Of a DNA stretch of 64,000 nucleotides, positions 24,205-35,890 are shown one piece after another. Source of the DNA: Antedon mediterranea (lineage: Eukaryota > Animalia > Echinodermata); NCBI RefSeq assembly GCF_964355755.1, contig NC_092674.1, positions 3,658,001 through 3,722,000 on the forward strand. The letters are read 5' to 3'. The translations under genes and the position numbers were made by a program. The notes under the pieces are model-generated. The model ran no database searches. It was not told the origin of the DNA and saw only the letters and a list, made by a program, of their open reading frames with translations. Numbering within the stretch: position 1 is the stretch's first letter; every line of letters begins with the position of its first letter.

Positions 24205-24497
24205 ATTTATACTGGGTAACCTCTTCAGTCAAAGACTAGTCTCCCAGAGGGCCCAGTTGGTGATCAGTGGCTGTGATGTACTAATACACCGGGGTAACCC
24301 CCTACTCGTCTCGAAAGATGTACTAGGTTCTTTAAAGTGCAAACGAGCTAGATGTGTACACTGGACCTACGGTTTATAGTCCTTATCCGAGAAGACTCGT
24401 TCTACCACCAGAACCATGGAGTGAGTGAGCCTCGAACCCCTGCCGATGTTATGGCTACGTAATTACGGTTCCACTATCTTAACCCCTCGGCCACTGA
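24205..24497 (-). mobile_element. Full-length tRNA-derived SINE with a Deu/Nin-like central domain
   Basis: Minus strand: A box TGGCCGAGGGG, B box GGTTCGAGGC, core TCGGATAAGGACTATAAACCGTAGGTCC..TAAAGAACC..GAGTAGGGGGTTACCCCGGTGT resembling the DeuSINE/AmnSINE core as recalled, and an AT-rich tail. Confidence 0.75.
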
Positions 24498-25383
24498 TGA
24501 TTGAAATGAAATTGGTCTAAAAACACATTTTTCGTACAAATTTGCCGTTTTAATAGACTAATAGATAAAGGGGAATTAAAGGTGCCCCTAGCTCAAACGA
24601 ATGATATCAGACTTGCGGTTTAGGAGAAGATACATTTTGGCTTAGTGTTATTATAATAGAAGATGGTACCTCGTCGTCGGATACACCACTTTCAATGCTA
24701 ATAGGGAGTTAGTAATTACATCATACTCCAGCATGTGTCCGTGATTTCGTAACGTCTAATTACCAATTTTAAAATATAAAGTCTATAATAGTAGGCCTAC
24801 ATCTTGTTTGAACAACGTGTCGAGTTATAATATAAATCGTACACGTGGGTTAGAACACGTACTGTGTAAAGTCTGCTAATTAGTCGCTGTCAGGCTGCAG
24901 ACCTCGCTAAAGGTATTACAGACAGTCAAATCCGTGATTTTCGGATTATACATTATAAAAAACACCTAGGCCTAATGATATTAACATTTTAAGCTAGGGG
25001 TGGGCCATGTTTGTGGGCGTAAAAGATTATCTTAATTTTCATTGACGGAACTGGTAATCAGTTTTGTATCATAATGAAAATTGGGAGAGAAACGGAGATT
25101 TCGCAAACATTTCACCCGATACACGCGAGGTATTGTTAAAATCATAAACATCGCGTCTGACAGCAAACTTCACCCGTGATGCTGCAGGCCTATAGCCAAA
25201 TTTCTTGATACTAAACCGTACGAGACAGGGCTAAACATTTACTGTAAAAAGACGCGTATATAGCATATCATTTGTAGACATTTGCATTTTTGTTTAAGGA
25301 GCAGTAGTATATGCCCTAAATCAGAAAGCTTCTCGGGCGCAAGTTCGAATCATGGTATTGTCCTTTAGAGCAGGAGCATATTA

Positions 25384-25577
25384 AGACCATCTCATACAGC
25401 GTCGTACGAGGTCGTCTCGTAGGGAGAAAATTAAATTAAATTTAGTTATCGCGACGACTTAAAAACTACGCCCGACGGTCTCAAGACGACTCGTCTCGTC
25501 GAAATTCAACTCAGAGAGCACCGACGAGTCAAGACGTTACGTCGGGCCTCGTCGTACGACGCTGTCTCAGTTGGCCC
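25384..25577. mobile_element. CpG-rich MITE-like element
   Basis: ACAGCGTCGTACGA...TCGTACGACGCTGT inverted repeats near both ends, TWA flanks. Confidence 0.65.
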
Positions 25578-27782
25578 TAAATCGTGGTTCCCACTAGTGA
25601 CGCAACGTAACGCAATCTACGCATCGTAAGAAAATGCTATTCTAATAATTGTGTTTGCCCCCGCCTGCGTGAAATCAAACCTGCGATGTTTGCAGCACTT
25701 TGCGTCAATACGTCGTCGCTGCGTTGCGTTCTAGTAGGAACCACGCTTTATGCGTCCAGAAAACATTATTTAGTAGGCCAAAATATTGATTAATTAGATA
25801 CAAACTTCTATGCTGTTGAGAGGTTCATTTTCTTTTTAAATTGACACGCAATTACTGATGTATCTATTCAACAATTTTAACAAAGTAGGCCTAAATCAAT
25901 GCACAACATCAAGTTACATTTTCTCACTCGAATATAATATCGGTTCGGTTTAATATTAGATAAAAATATCGCATAGATTTCAAGACTAGATTGTCTAGCA
26001 GCAAAAAATCTCCGACGTTCGCCATTTTTTTTTGTAGGATGGTGACGATGTCGCCCCAGGCTACATCTCCAAATCGCTGTTTTTCTACATTAGTCGCATG
26101 TTTACATGCCAACACATTCTCGTAACATTGATGAATGTGCAATACACATTTAAGTAAATGTTGATAAAAAAAGCAATGATTTTAGTCTAGAACATTTCAA
26201 CGTGAAATACGGTTTTTAGTCGTGCAAAATGACTGCCACGCTTGGCGTATATTGGTCCAATACTGTTTAATAATCAAATGCACCTTAGTAGCACGACGTT
26301 GTTTTCGTCAATACACGTTTCTTTTTTTCTTACCCGGGCCTAGTTAAGTTAATTTGGTTGTTTCCGATCTGTATTTGATTTCTCGTTATAGCATGTTTTA
26401 GCAATTATTATAGACAATGTTTTAAGGAAGAAATTTGGGATAACTCGTTATACTAACGCACCACACGACGCACCACACGATTCGTTTTAGTGCATCGATC
26501 GACAGATCAAGCCTGCGGAGAGGTACACTGTAGTATCTACAAGGACTAAGAGGTGACGGACGATATACAGATTGGTTCCCACTAGCGTAACGTAACGCAA
26601 TCTACGCAACGTAAGAAAATGCCCTTCCAATAATTTTGCTTTTTCCGGCCTGCGGGAAATCAAACATGTGATGTTTGCAGCACTATTGTGTCGTCGGTTC
26701 CCACTTGTGTCTTGTGATTACGCAATACAACACTTTGCAACAAAACGTCGCTGCGTTGCATTTCATTGCGTCGCTAGTGGGAACTAATCTTTACTACTAG
26801 ATACATGTTAACACATGTATGTTAATATTTCTATGATACTTCAGAAATAGATACAGTAGTACCGAGAATCGGCTGTTTATTGGTTTTAAGTTATAATTTT
26901 GTTTAATAATAAATCAAGTTAAAAGTACATACACCATACTATTTAGATTAATTACATTCTATTTCTAGTTTATTTGTCTAAAAATGTAAATATACAAGAA
27001 CACTATAGAAACAAAACGATTTAAAGAAGACATTATAATTAGTTGATTATATTTAGCGTTTACCTCCTCGTGAAATGAGGAACAAAGTTCGTTAAAATAG
27101 GCTATATCTTGCTTTTGGCGAATTAAATTGAAAATGGTTAAACTTGCGAAGAAATGTGGTAGTTTCTTAAAGATATAATTTACTCTGTAGACAGACACAT
27201 TGCTACTAAATATATTTAAAATTACACTCGCATGGAAATGTTCAGACGTACTTAAGCCTGGCGGCGTCATGGCAACAGACGCACATTTCGGCCTACATTA
27301 TATAATTTGGTTTGATTAATGTAAAATTTATAAAACTAATGCCAATGGCTGGGAGTGAAAAAGCTATTTTAATATTATATTTTATTGTATAATGGTTGCT
27401 GAAAGCCGTTTGTTGCAAACATTTAAATTTATTTAAATGTCAAGGAATTGGGAAGGGAATTGGCATATCCAACGGTGTCGATTAAGATAAATAAATCAAT
27501 ATAAAATAATACAAATAAAATGATTCAATGTTTTTTGGGATCAGATGCTTACGTACGTTTACTTTGATTGGAGCATGGTTCCCACTAGCGACCCAACGTA
27601 ACGCAACCTACGCATCGTGAGAAAATGCTCTTCCGATGACTGTGTTTTCCCTCTCCTACGTGAAATAAAATCTGCGATGTTTGCAGCACTGTTGAGTCGT
27701 CGGTTCCCACTTGTGATTACATAATACAGCACTTTGCGTTAAAACGTCACTGCGTTGCGTCGCTAGTGGGAACCACGTTTAT

Positions 27783-28165
27783 GCTTAGTTCCCACTAGCG
27801 ACGCAATCTACGCAACGTAAGCAATGCCCTTCTAATAAAGCTTGGTTCCCACTAGAACGTAACGCAAGAACGTAAACGCAACGCAAGCGTTTTAACCAAT
27901 GACAAGCGAAGTTATAGACAGTTAGCAATCACAAGCGAATAAGCCATCGCTTGTGATTGGTCAATTCACTTGCGTTGCGTTACGTCCTTGTGTTGCGTCG
28001 CTAGTGTGAACCACGCTTAACTGTGTTTGCCCCCGCATGCGTGAAATCAAACCTGCGATGTTTGCAGCACTGTTGCGTCGTCGGTTCCCACTTGTGATTA
28101 CGCAATAGGCCTACAGCACTTTGTGTCAATGCGTCGCTGCGTTGCGTTCCAGTGGGAACCACGCT
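27783..28165. mobile_element. Family-B MITE host with a third young 179-bp copy nested at 27839-28017
   Basis: TAA is duplicated at 27836-27838 and 28018-28020; the insert is near identical to 19998-20176. Confidence 0.9.
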
Positions 28166-28648
28166 TTAACGGCTAAATCGCGTGCGCTGGAGGAAAATAC
28201 AATTCTTAACTGTTACTATTTGGTTAATTCCAATCACTTCATTGACAGTAAATCACGTGATGTAATTCATTTTGTGACTATGTTCTAAAGGCCAGAAGTC
28301 AATGGCCTGTAATTAGAGGATGGTTTACTTCAATGCAGTTTGCATTAGATGATTTTGGTTATTTAAGCTATTCACCTCATTTTGTGTTGCTGTAAACACT
28401 TATATTTTGTACTTGTTCTGTGTTTCATTTGTTTTCTATGCATTCTAATATGACAATACTGTAACGTACGGTGAGAGTCAATAAATTAAATGTTCAAATG
28501 TCCATTGGGAGGAGAGATACAAGTACTTTGAATTTATTTGCTACAATACTCATTCGTTGAGGGGGTATATCATGATACGATAACACACACAAACATTGTC
28601 TACATCTGTTTACTGTATACTATATTATTATATAGTTTAGTGGCTTAA

Positions 28649-28947
28649 AGATGTGAAAAAATATTTCTTAAAAATGTGTTTTTTTTAATATACCATTTTA
28701 ATGTCACATAATAGTCATCCACTTTGACCAAAAATTGGATCGAAAAATGTATTTATCTAAAAAAAACTGTAATTTAAAGCAAAAAATAGTCAAATGGGTT
28801 AACCATTTATATTTTTGTCATTTTATAGATGAAAACTTTAATTTTGTCTGGGTTTTTATCTACCGAAGTGAAAACTACAATATAATCTATTCAAAGTCTG
28901 ATTTTTTTAATCTTTATTTTTCATGTGTTTGGGGGACAATGCATCTT
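28649..28947. mobile_element. Degenerate TTAA-flanked (Kolobok-like) MITE
   Basis: TTAA-AGATG...GGGGGACAATGCATCT-TTAA; related decayed ends near 2710, 23364 and 60505-60660. Confidence 0.5.
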
Positions 28948-29467
28948 TAAATTAATGCAGGTCTAATCCCAGTTAAGGGTGTACACCAGTCTTCACTTTT
29001 TTAAAAAGCTTTTCTGCAATACTTTAAATGTTGAGGGGGTAAATCGATAGATAAATTATATTATTACAGGTCTAACCCCAGTTTAGGGATTACACCATCC
29101 TTTATTCCAAAAGTTAATCTACATCATACTGGCAGTATGAATTACACTAGTAGACACAGATTAACTGATTTTAACAAATTTAATTAGTTAATGCCAGCCA
29201 TACCTTAGTTTGTAGTAATATCATTTTATTTATTTATTTATTCAATTTCTGCCATATACAATACAAAGAAGACAAAACAAATAAAAAATGCAAGGAAAGA
29301 CCAAACAGGTGCTAAACAACTAGTTTCTGTATAAACAGTCATAATAGATCATTAGCTTTAGTTAATCTAGGTGTTTGTTTGCTACTAAACTACTCCTGAT
29401 AAGTACTGTAGCTTAACTCTCTTTGCATTGTAAAGTAAATGTACCATTCCTGACCTGTGTAGTAATT

Positions 29468-32400
29468 TTATGATTTCTTGAAAAAACTCATTATTGATTT
29501 TTGGGATGATTTGTCCTCTTTGGCCTTTTTTCCTTTTCCTGACTTGTCACCCGTGTCGTCAGCTTTCTTGGGTGCGGGCGCTTTGCTGACTGTTGGTTTT
29601 GGTTCATCGACAACTTTCACGGTTTCATATTCAAAATATTTTTCAGTTACTACAAAAATAATATTAAGAAACACTAGTTGATTTAATAGTAAAAAAGACT
29701 TACAAAACCAATTTACTGTACTGAACAATAACAACAATAATATACAGCAGAAACCCATATTAAGGGGACACCTTCAGGACCAATTAAAATGTCTCCTACA
29801 GCAATATATCCCCTTAATAAGGGTATCTCAAATGAGGGTTTTACTCAATACATAACATTTACATTGATTGATTTGGACAATAAATTAATTACCCATGAAT
29901 CCATCATCATCCAGAACTTGTCTTGTCTTCCAGACTTTGACCATTTTGACACGAGTGTCACCACCACCTTCTCCTTCAGTTGGTTCATCCAACTCCATTC
30001 CATCCTCCTCATTCTCCTCCTCATCATCATCTTTAAGAGGAATCGCAGGTGGTTGTTGAGGAGGAGATGGAGGTATAGGCTCATCATCACTCTCTGGAAA
30101 AGGTAATGAAGATATCCAAATGCAGTTAACATTCATATGGAATATAAAAAAAATCAATATATTAACTGTAATATATGAATATATAATAATATGGTTAGAT
30201 ATTCTTCCTCGGTCACCTTTGCCTCATTTGAATACACGGTCACAGTAGACTGAACAACCATGCCACCATAGTCAATTGACATGACTATCCAAACCGAAAT
30301 GTTTGGTCGAGTGGTAAAAGGTTTAGTCTGTGACTCTGGAACCCTGGGTTCGAGGTCTATCAATAGCGTGTATTTTTTTAATAGTTGAGAGAGATTATTT
30401 AGAGGGTTAGGTTAAGTACACTTAGGAAGGTAATCTCTCCCTCTTCTTCTGTCTAGGCAAATGTGACCGAGGAAGAAGAGATAACCATAATATGTACTTT
30501 ATTACTATTTATAACCTGTAACAACATAATGTATTTTTAAATTAATAAAATCTACCTTCTTCACTGCTGCTTTCTGCCATCATGATTCTTCGTCGTCTTT
30601 TCTTTTTTGGATTTTCTTCTATTAAAAAATAATAATTCAGTAATAATTAATCAAAAGTATTATAATAAATCAACAATCTAAAAATATTGTGTTGTTGCAA
30701 AATATAATCGTAGTTATGAATCATTAATTTATATAAAAATAGTTTGGAATATCAGTAATCATTAAATGTAAATGTGTAAACCTTCTTCATCGGAGTCGGA
30801 CACTGCATTTCTTTTGGACTTTTTCTGAATTTTCGTTTGTTTTGAAACTGGTTTTTGAGTTGTTGTCTTCTTATTTGACACTACATTTTCTTCTCTCTTT
30901 TCCTCTAATTCCTCCACATCTTTTTCAGGTTTTCTTTCTTCTGCAGTTTCTTGTTTTACTTCTTTTTTCTCAGACTCTTTGGTTTCTTCTTCTTTTGGTT
31001 TTTTTGACATAAACGCTAACATTCCCTTTGACGACTTATTTTCCTAAATTATAAAATAATAAAATTATGTTTTTAAACTGAAAAAGTTAAATTTTCAATG
31101 TGAAAACTCAAAAAACAGAAAAAAAAAAAATAAACAAACTTGTTTTGTCTTGTTTGTTGATGAACTTGAAATTTTGACCGCTTCTGTACTTTTCTCATCT
31201 TTTTTACTTTTCATGGATGTAAACATATCCATTGCTGACCTCTGACCTTTTTTCTGATGGACATTGCTCTTTGTAGCAGGTTTACTTGTCTCTGTTTTAA
31301 CCACATCTTTCTTTTCTAAACTTGCTGATGTAGATGGTTTGCCGTTTGTAAGGCTTGTTGTTGATTGGCTGGTAGGTTTGCTTTTTGATTGGTTGTTACC
31401 GACATCTTTCATTCTTGCTCTTTCGTCTAATTCTGCTAATTCTTTGTCAGACCTTCTTTTAGCTGCTGCACATTTAATCGAACTAAATCTGTCCAAAAAA
31501 AACAAAAAATGAGCACTAAAATTGTAATAACCAGTAGTACACAAAAGTTGCTTCATGAAGTCTTTCTTTCAATTATCAGAAATGTACTTTCTGTTATATA
31601 TTTTGATTAATCCACTCGGAATCGTGTCATTTTTAAAACTAAAAATAATTCAGTTGGCATTTTATATTTTCCTTATTCAAAACAATTTCAAACAATTGAT
31701 TTGTTTCAAAAGCCAAATGTATGCTTCTAGACGAGATCAAATAGTAAAAAATAGCACAATTTATCTATTTATGAATGTTAAGTTAAACTTGGTTGAATAA
31801 AAATTATAAAGTTAAGTTCTTAAGCTCTGTTTACACTATCAAACAAGTTTAAAAAAAAGTATGATGTGTCCAAACATGGTATTGATATTACATCTTTCTT
31901 TCCTAGGAGCATTGCCTAGGCCATTTATTATACATAGGCCATTGGCCCGAATACATAAATATAAATATAAACAATAAAATAAACATATGTGTGTGTAATT
32001 AAATAATGCTTTCTCTTTTTATAAGCAAAGTAAATGAACTTAGCAAGGTTAGAATAAACATTTTCTTTTTTACTTGACATTAAAATCATTAAAACTAAAT
32101 TTTTCAAAAGAAGGGAATTCGAAGTAAAAAGATGGAAGTAATTGTTTTCTTAAATTATTATATAAAGGACATTGTAATAAAAAATGAAACTTGTTTCCTA
32201 GGAAAGAAAGATATTACATCATCGTGTCCATATATTGGCACATAACGTTTTTTGTGACAACAAGTTTGATAGTGTAGACAGAGCTTAAAAAGTACCTGCC
32301 ACAAGCAGCCTGTTTGATTTGCTCTGTTGTGAGGTCATAGTCTGTGATATACAAAGAATTTCCATCTTTCAGTTGACTCTTTTGAACACTGTAAATGTGA

Positions 32401-35400
32401 ACTCCTGAAACTTCTTTTAATTTACTCTTATGCTCTATTTAAAAAAGAAATATTCAATTTCTATTATTTAACATTTATATTAATCATTACACAAAATTCA
32501 AAATAAAATATAAAACATACTGAAACCTGAAAATGAAAATATCATTACAAAAATTAAATTAAATTAAATAAGTTCGCTTAGTTAATATAATCAACAACTT
32601 ATTAAAAATGTTCATTATGATTTCTAATCAAATATTTTTAATACCATGTGATTGATTATACATACTTTCAAGATCACAACCATTTACAATGGAAAATTTG
32701 CGAATCTGAAAAAGAAAAAAAAAAGTAGTTTTATTTGTGACAATTATCAAAATTATTATTATCAAAAGTTCAAAAAGTTAAGCTCTGTCTACACTATTAA
32801 ACTTTATGTGACAAAAAAAAATGTGATGTGTCCATAATGATATACCACTACCATATTTAGACATATCACTACCAACCATATTTAGGCATATCACACTTTC
32901 TTTATCAAACTAGTTTGATAGTGTGGACAGAGATTTAGAATTCAATTTTACCAGTGAAAGAATAAATAAGAATTTGCAATGTTTTTTATATTATCTAGTT
33001 TTATTTGAGGTCAGGGACAGAAACACAAATATCAATGATTATTATAATTCTACTCGCCTTCTCTCCATTATCAGTCTCATTCACACCAGACACAAAATAA
33101 GTAACATTTAAAGAATTTGCTTCTTTAGTTATTTGTTGATTGAAGAAGGTATAAAGCATCCTGAAATGAAAAGCATAGTATGGAATTCAATGAAGAAACA
33201 GAAAAACAATTGTATTTTTAATTATTAATTAATTACAATTTATAACAATGTATAAAACAAATTTAATTAGAGAAATCATGATTTGTATGACACATACAGT
33301 AACATTGTCATGTATTTATTTTAAATAAATATGTAATGTTGTTTAAAGCTCTGTCTACACTATCACACTTTATGTGACAAAAAAATGTGATGTGCCCATA
33401 TATGGACAAGATGATGTCATACCACTACCATATTTGGGCACATCACTACCATATTTGGTTATCACCTTTTTTTGTGAAACTTGTTTGATAGTGTAGCCTA
33501 GACAGATTTTACATTAACTTATCACTTACTGTTTAGCTTGATTCACATGGACCTGTAATGTTTGGCTAAGCCATTTATAAGTAACCTGAAATAAAAATAC
33601 CACATATTGAACAAGCTTAGGCCTATCTAGTCATAACATACGGAAGCCTGTTCGGGCCACAAGTTAACTATATTTTAAAAGCTGTTATCTGGCGGCCGCC
33701 ACTTAATTATCTGGCGGCCGCCACTTAATTATCTGGCGGCCGCCACTTAATTATCTGGCTGCCGCCACTTAATAATTAGTACATGTCCCGTCACGTGACA
33801 TGTACAGGGAATAATTTCGCCAGTGTAGCATAGCAAAAAGATATACAAAACAACCATATTGCTACACATTTCGCAAATTGTGTAGCAAAAAATGCAATAC
33901 AAAACTATGTTTCTTGACTCAACAATCAGTTTGATTAGCAATTTTGATAAACAAAATTTTTAAATGAAATTTGTCCCTGATGTACGTGCATTGGATCAGA
34001 GGCGATGTTGCATATGGAACGCCATCGCTGCCTCCGGCAGCAAACTTTAATTCTATTCGGCTCTTTTACAACCATTACGTTCGGCTCTTTTAGCATTCGG
34101 CGCATTTCTATTCGGCCCATTTACCATATTTACGATTAAAGATGTGTTGAATAACCTAAAATTAATTCATCTTTTTACAAATTTTGAGAGAGAAAGGGTA
34201 AATTATTAAAATTGTTAAAAGTTAGGCTGACACTAGACTAGGTCTAGCTAGCCTAGGCCATAAATCAAACCTTTTCTCTTTCAAAATAGTCAATAAGGTG
34301 GGACAATTGCAAGTTCTCTAACACATTAATCATGTCAATAAAATGATTAGTCATATTGAAATAGCCTTCAAATTCATTTAATTCAACAAACCAAACACTC
34401 TACAGTACATGCTGCATCTATATGTTTTGTAAACTTTTCATAGACTCATTTCCAGCCGTTGATTTTCTTCCATTTGACCCCATGTAAAAGGTTAGAATTT
34501 AATTGCGGCGTATAAAAAAATAAAAAAGAGCCGAACGTAATGGTAAATGGGCCGAATAAAAAAGAGCCGAATGCTGAAAGAGCCAAACGTAATGGTAAAT
34601 GGACCGAATAGAAATGCGCCGAATGGTAAAAGAGCCGAATAGAATTAAAGTTTGCTGCCGGAGGCGGCGATGGCGTTCCATATGCAACATTGCCTCTGAT
34701 CCGATGCACGTACATGTCACGTGACGGGACATGTACTAATTATTAAGTGGCGGCCGCCAGATAATTAAGTGGCGGCCGCCAGATAATTAAGTGGCGGCCG
34801 CCAGATAATTAAGTGGCGGCCGCCAGATAATTAAGTGGCGGCCGCCAGATAATTAAGTGGCGGCCGCCAGATAATTAAGTGGCGGCCGCCAGATAATTAA
34901 GTGGCGGCCGCCAGATAATTAAGTGGCGGCCGCCAGATAATTAAGTGGCGGCCGCCAGATAATTAAGTGGCGGCCGCCAGATAATTAAGTGGCGGCCGCC
35001 AGATAATTAAGTGGCGGCCGCCAGATAATTAAGTGGCGGCCGCCAGATAATTAAGTGGCGGCCGCCAGATAATTAAGTGGCGGCCGCCAGATAATTAAGT
35101 GGCGGCCGCCAGATAATTAAGTGGCGGCCGCCAGATAATTAAGTGGCGGCCGCCAGATAATTAAGTGGCGGCCGCCAGATAATTAAGTGGCGGCCGCCAG
35201 ATAATTAAGTGGCGGCCGCCAGATAATTAAGTGGCGGCCGCCAGATAATTAAGTGGCGGCCGCCAGATAATTAAGTGGCGGCCGCCAGATAATTAAGTGG
35301 CGGCCGCCTGATAACAGCTTTTAAAATATAGTTAACTTGTGGCCCGAACGGGCTTCCGTAATAACATGCACATGCCAGTGAATGTCAATGAAGATGATGG

Positions 35401-35629
35401 CGCCCGTCACTTTTTTAGGTTAGCCTAGGCTACATTACAACTAGCCGCCTACAGCTAGCAATCTATCTAGGCCTAGCTAGTTTAAGCTTTAATAACAATA
35501 TTCATCTAAACTATGGTAGAAAGATACACAAATACATTTTACTGGATATAAATACTTAATATAACTTACTATTTTGTTTTCATCAAAAACAAACTCTTCT
35601 AAATTTTCGAGGTACATATCCCCCGCCAT
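29468..35629 (-). CDS. POLD3: DNA polymerase delta subunit 3 (p66/Cdc27 family), 484 aa
   Basis: Exons (minus) 35629-35570 MAGDMYLENLEEFVFDENKI, 33585-33530 VTYKWLSQTLQVHVNQAKQ, 33160-33058, 32705-32666, 32434-32296 (HIYSVQK..LKD), 31488-31140, 31043-30782, 30618-30556, 30093-29893 (DDDGFM), 29649-29468 ending QKSIMSFFKKS (PCNA-binding PIP box). 1455 nt of open frame; the N-terminus matches the POLD3 pattern YLENIDEFV..KIVTYKWLS..VHVNQAKQMLY. Confidence 0.95.
29744..29847. mobile_element. Tc1/mariner-type MITE (CAG...TATTAAGGGGACAC family)
   Basis: TA-CAGCAGAAACCCATATTAAGGGGACACC...TCCCCTTAATAAGGG..TTTTACT. Relatives at ~12010-12093, 44765-44830, 51520-51873 and 61087-62960. Confidence 0.6.
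30188..30490. mobile_element. MITE-like element in POLD3 intron 8
   Basis: ATGGTTAGATATTCTTCCTCGGTCACCTTTGCCT...AGGCAAATGTGACCGAGGAAGAAGAGATAACCAT imperfect terminal inverted repeats. Confidence 0.65.
31894..32210. mobile_element. MULE-like MITE (15-bp TIR, 9-bp TSD) nested in a family-A MITE
   Basis: TIR CTTTCTTTCCTAGGA/TCCTAGGAAAGAAAG; ATATTACAT is duplicated at 31885-31893 and 32211-32219. Confidence 0.8.
33805..33979. mobile_element. 175-bp MITE with CAGGG termini and a 5-bp TSD, nested in the left arm of the IS3EU-like element
   Basis: CAGGGAATAATTTC...GAAATTTGTCCCTG; ATGTA is duplicated at 33800-33804 and 33980-33984; the right arm preserves the empty site. Confidence 0.8.
34743..35312. 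repeat. 22-bp minisatellite (TAATTAAGTGGCGGCCGCCAGA) x26
   Basis: GCGGCCGC recurs every 22 bp from 34750 to 35300; four inverted copies lie at ~33686-33772. Confidence 0.97.
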
Positions 35630-35890
35630 TCTATCCAAAACATTGAAAAATCCGCGAAATAACCGGAAATGGCAAACATTGTTTTTCACTGCGGTTCGGC
35701 ACGATATTATTGTACGTTAGAGATTAACAAGGCAGTAACTTACCAATTACCAACTGTGTCACGCTTCATTTCACCTTAGGTAATGGAATGATTGTAGAAG
35801 GACCTTCAGGTGTTGTTGAAGATTGGAGTTGTATGACTTTGCATATTTATTAATTTCATGCCTGGATGAACTAAAAATTAATTTTTTAAT
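35630..35890. promoter_or_regulatory. Putative bidirectional promoter/5' UTR region shared by POLD3 and FECH
   Basis: Only 261 bp separate the divergent ATGs. E2F-like TTTCGCGG (minus, 35652-35659) and ETS-like CCGGAA (35663-35668); no obvious TATA box. Confidence 0.65.

Larger units (their letters stand above)
33639..35360. mobile_element. Non-autonomous DNA transposon, IS3EU-like (TAC...GTA termini, 6-bp TSD), in POLD3 intron 1
   Basis: TACGGAAGCCTGTTCGGGCCACAAGTTAAC.../...GTTAACTTGTGGCCCGAACGGGCTTCCGTA; ATAACA is duplicated at 33633-33638 and 35361-35366; the inverted arms extend inward to ~34127 and ~34590. Confidence 0.8.

Noticed and set aside
24420-24497. tRNA gene
   Set aside because: A and B boxes are present, but I see no cloverleaf and it continues into a SINE body with a second copy elsewhere.
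34743-35312. Palindromic 22-bp repeat array as a CRISPR array
   Set aside because: Units are head-to-tail with no unique spacers, there are no cas genes, and it lies inside a TIR element in a spliceosomal intron.
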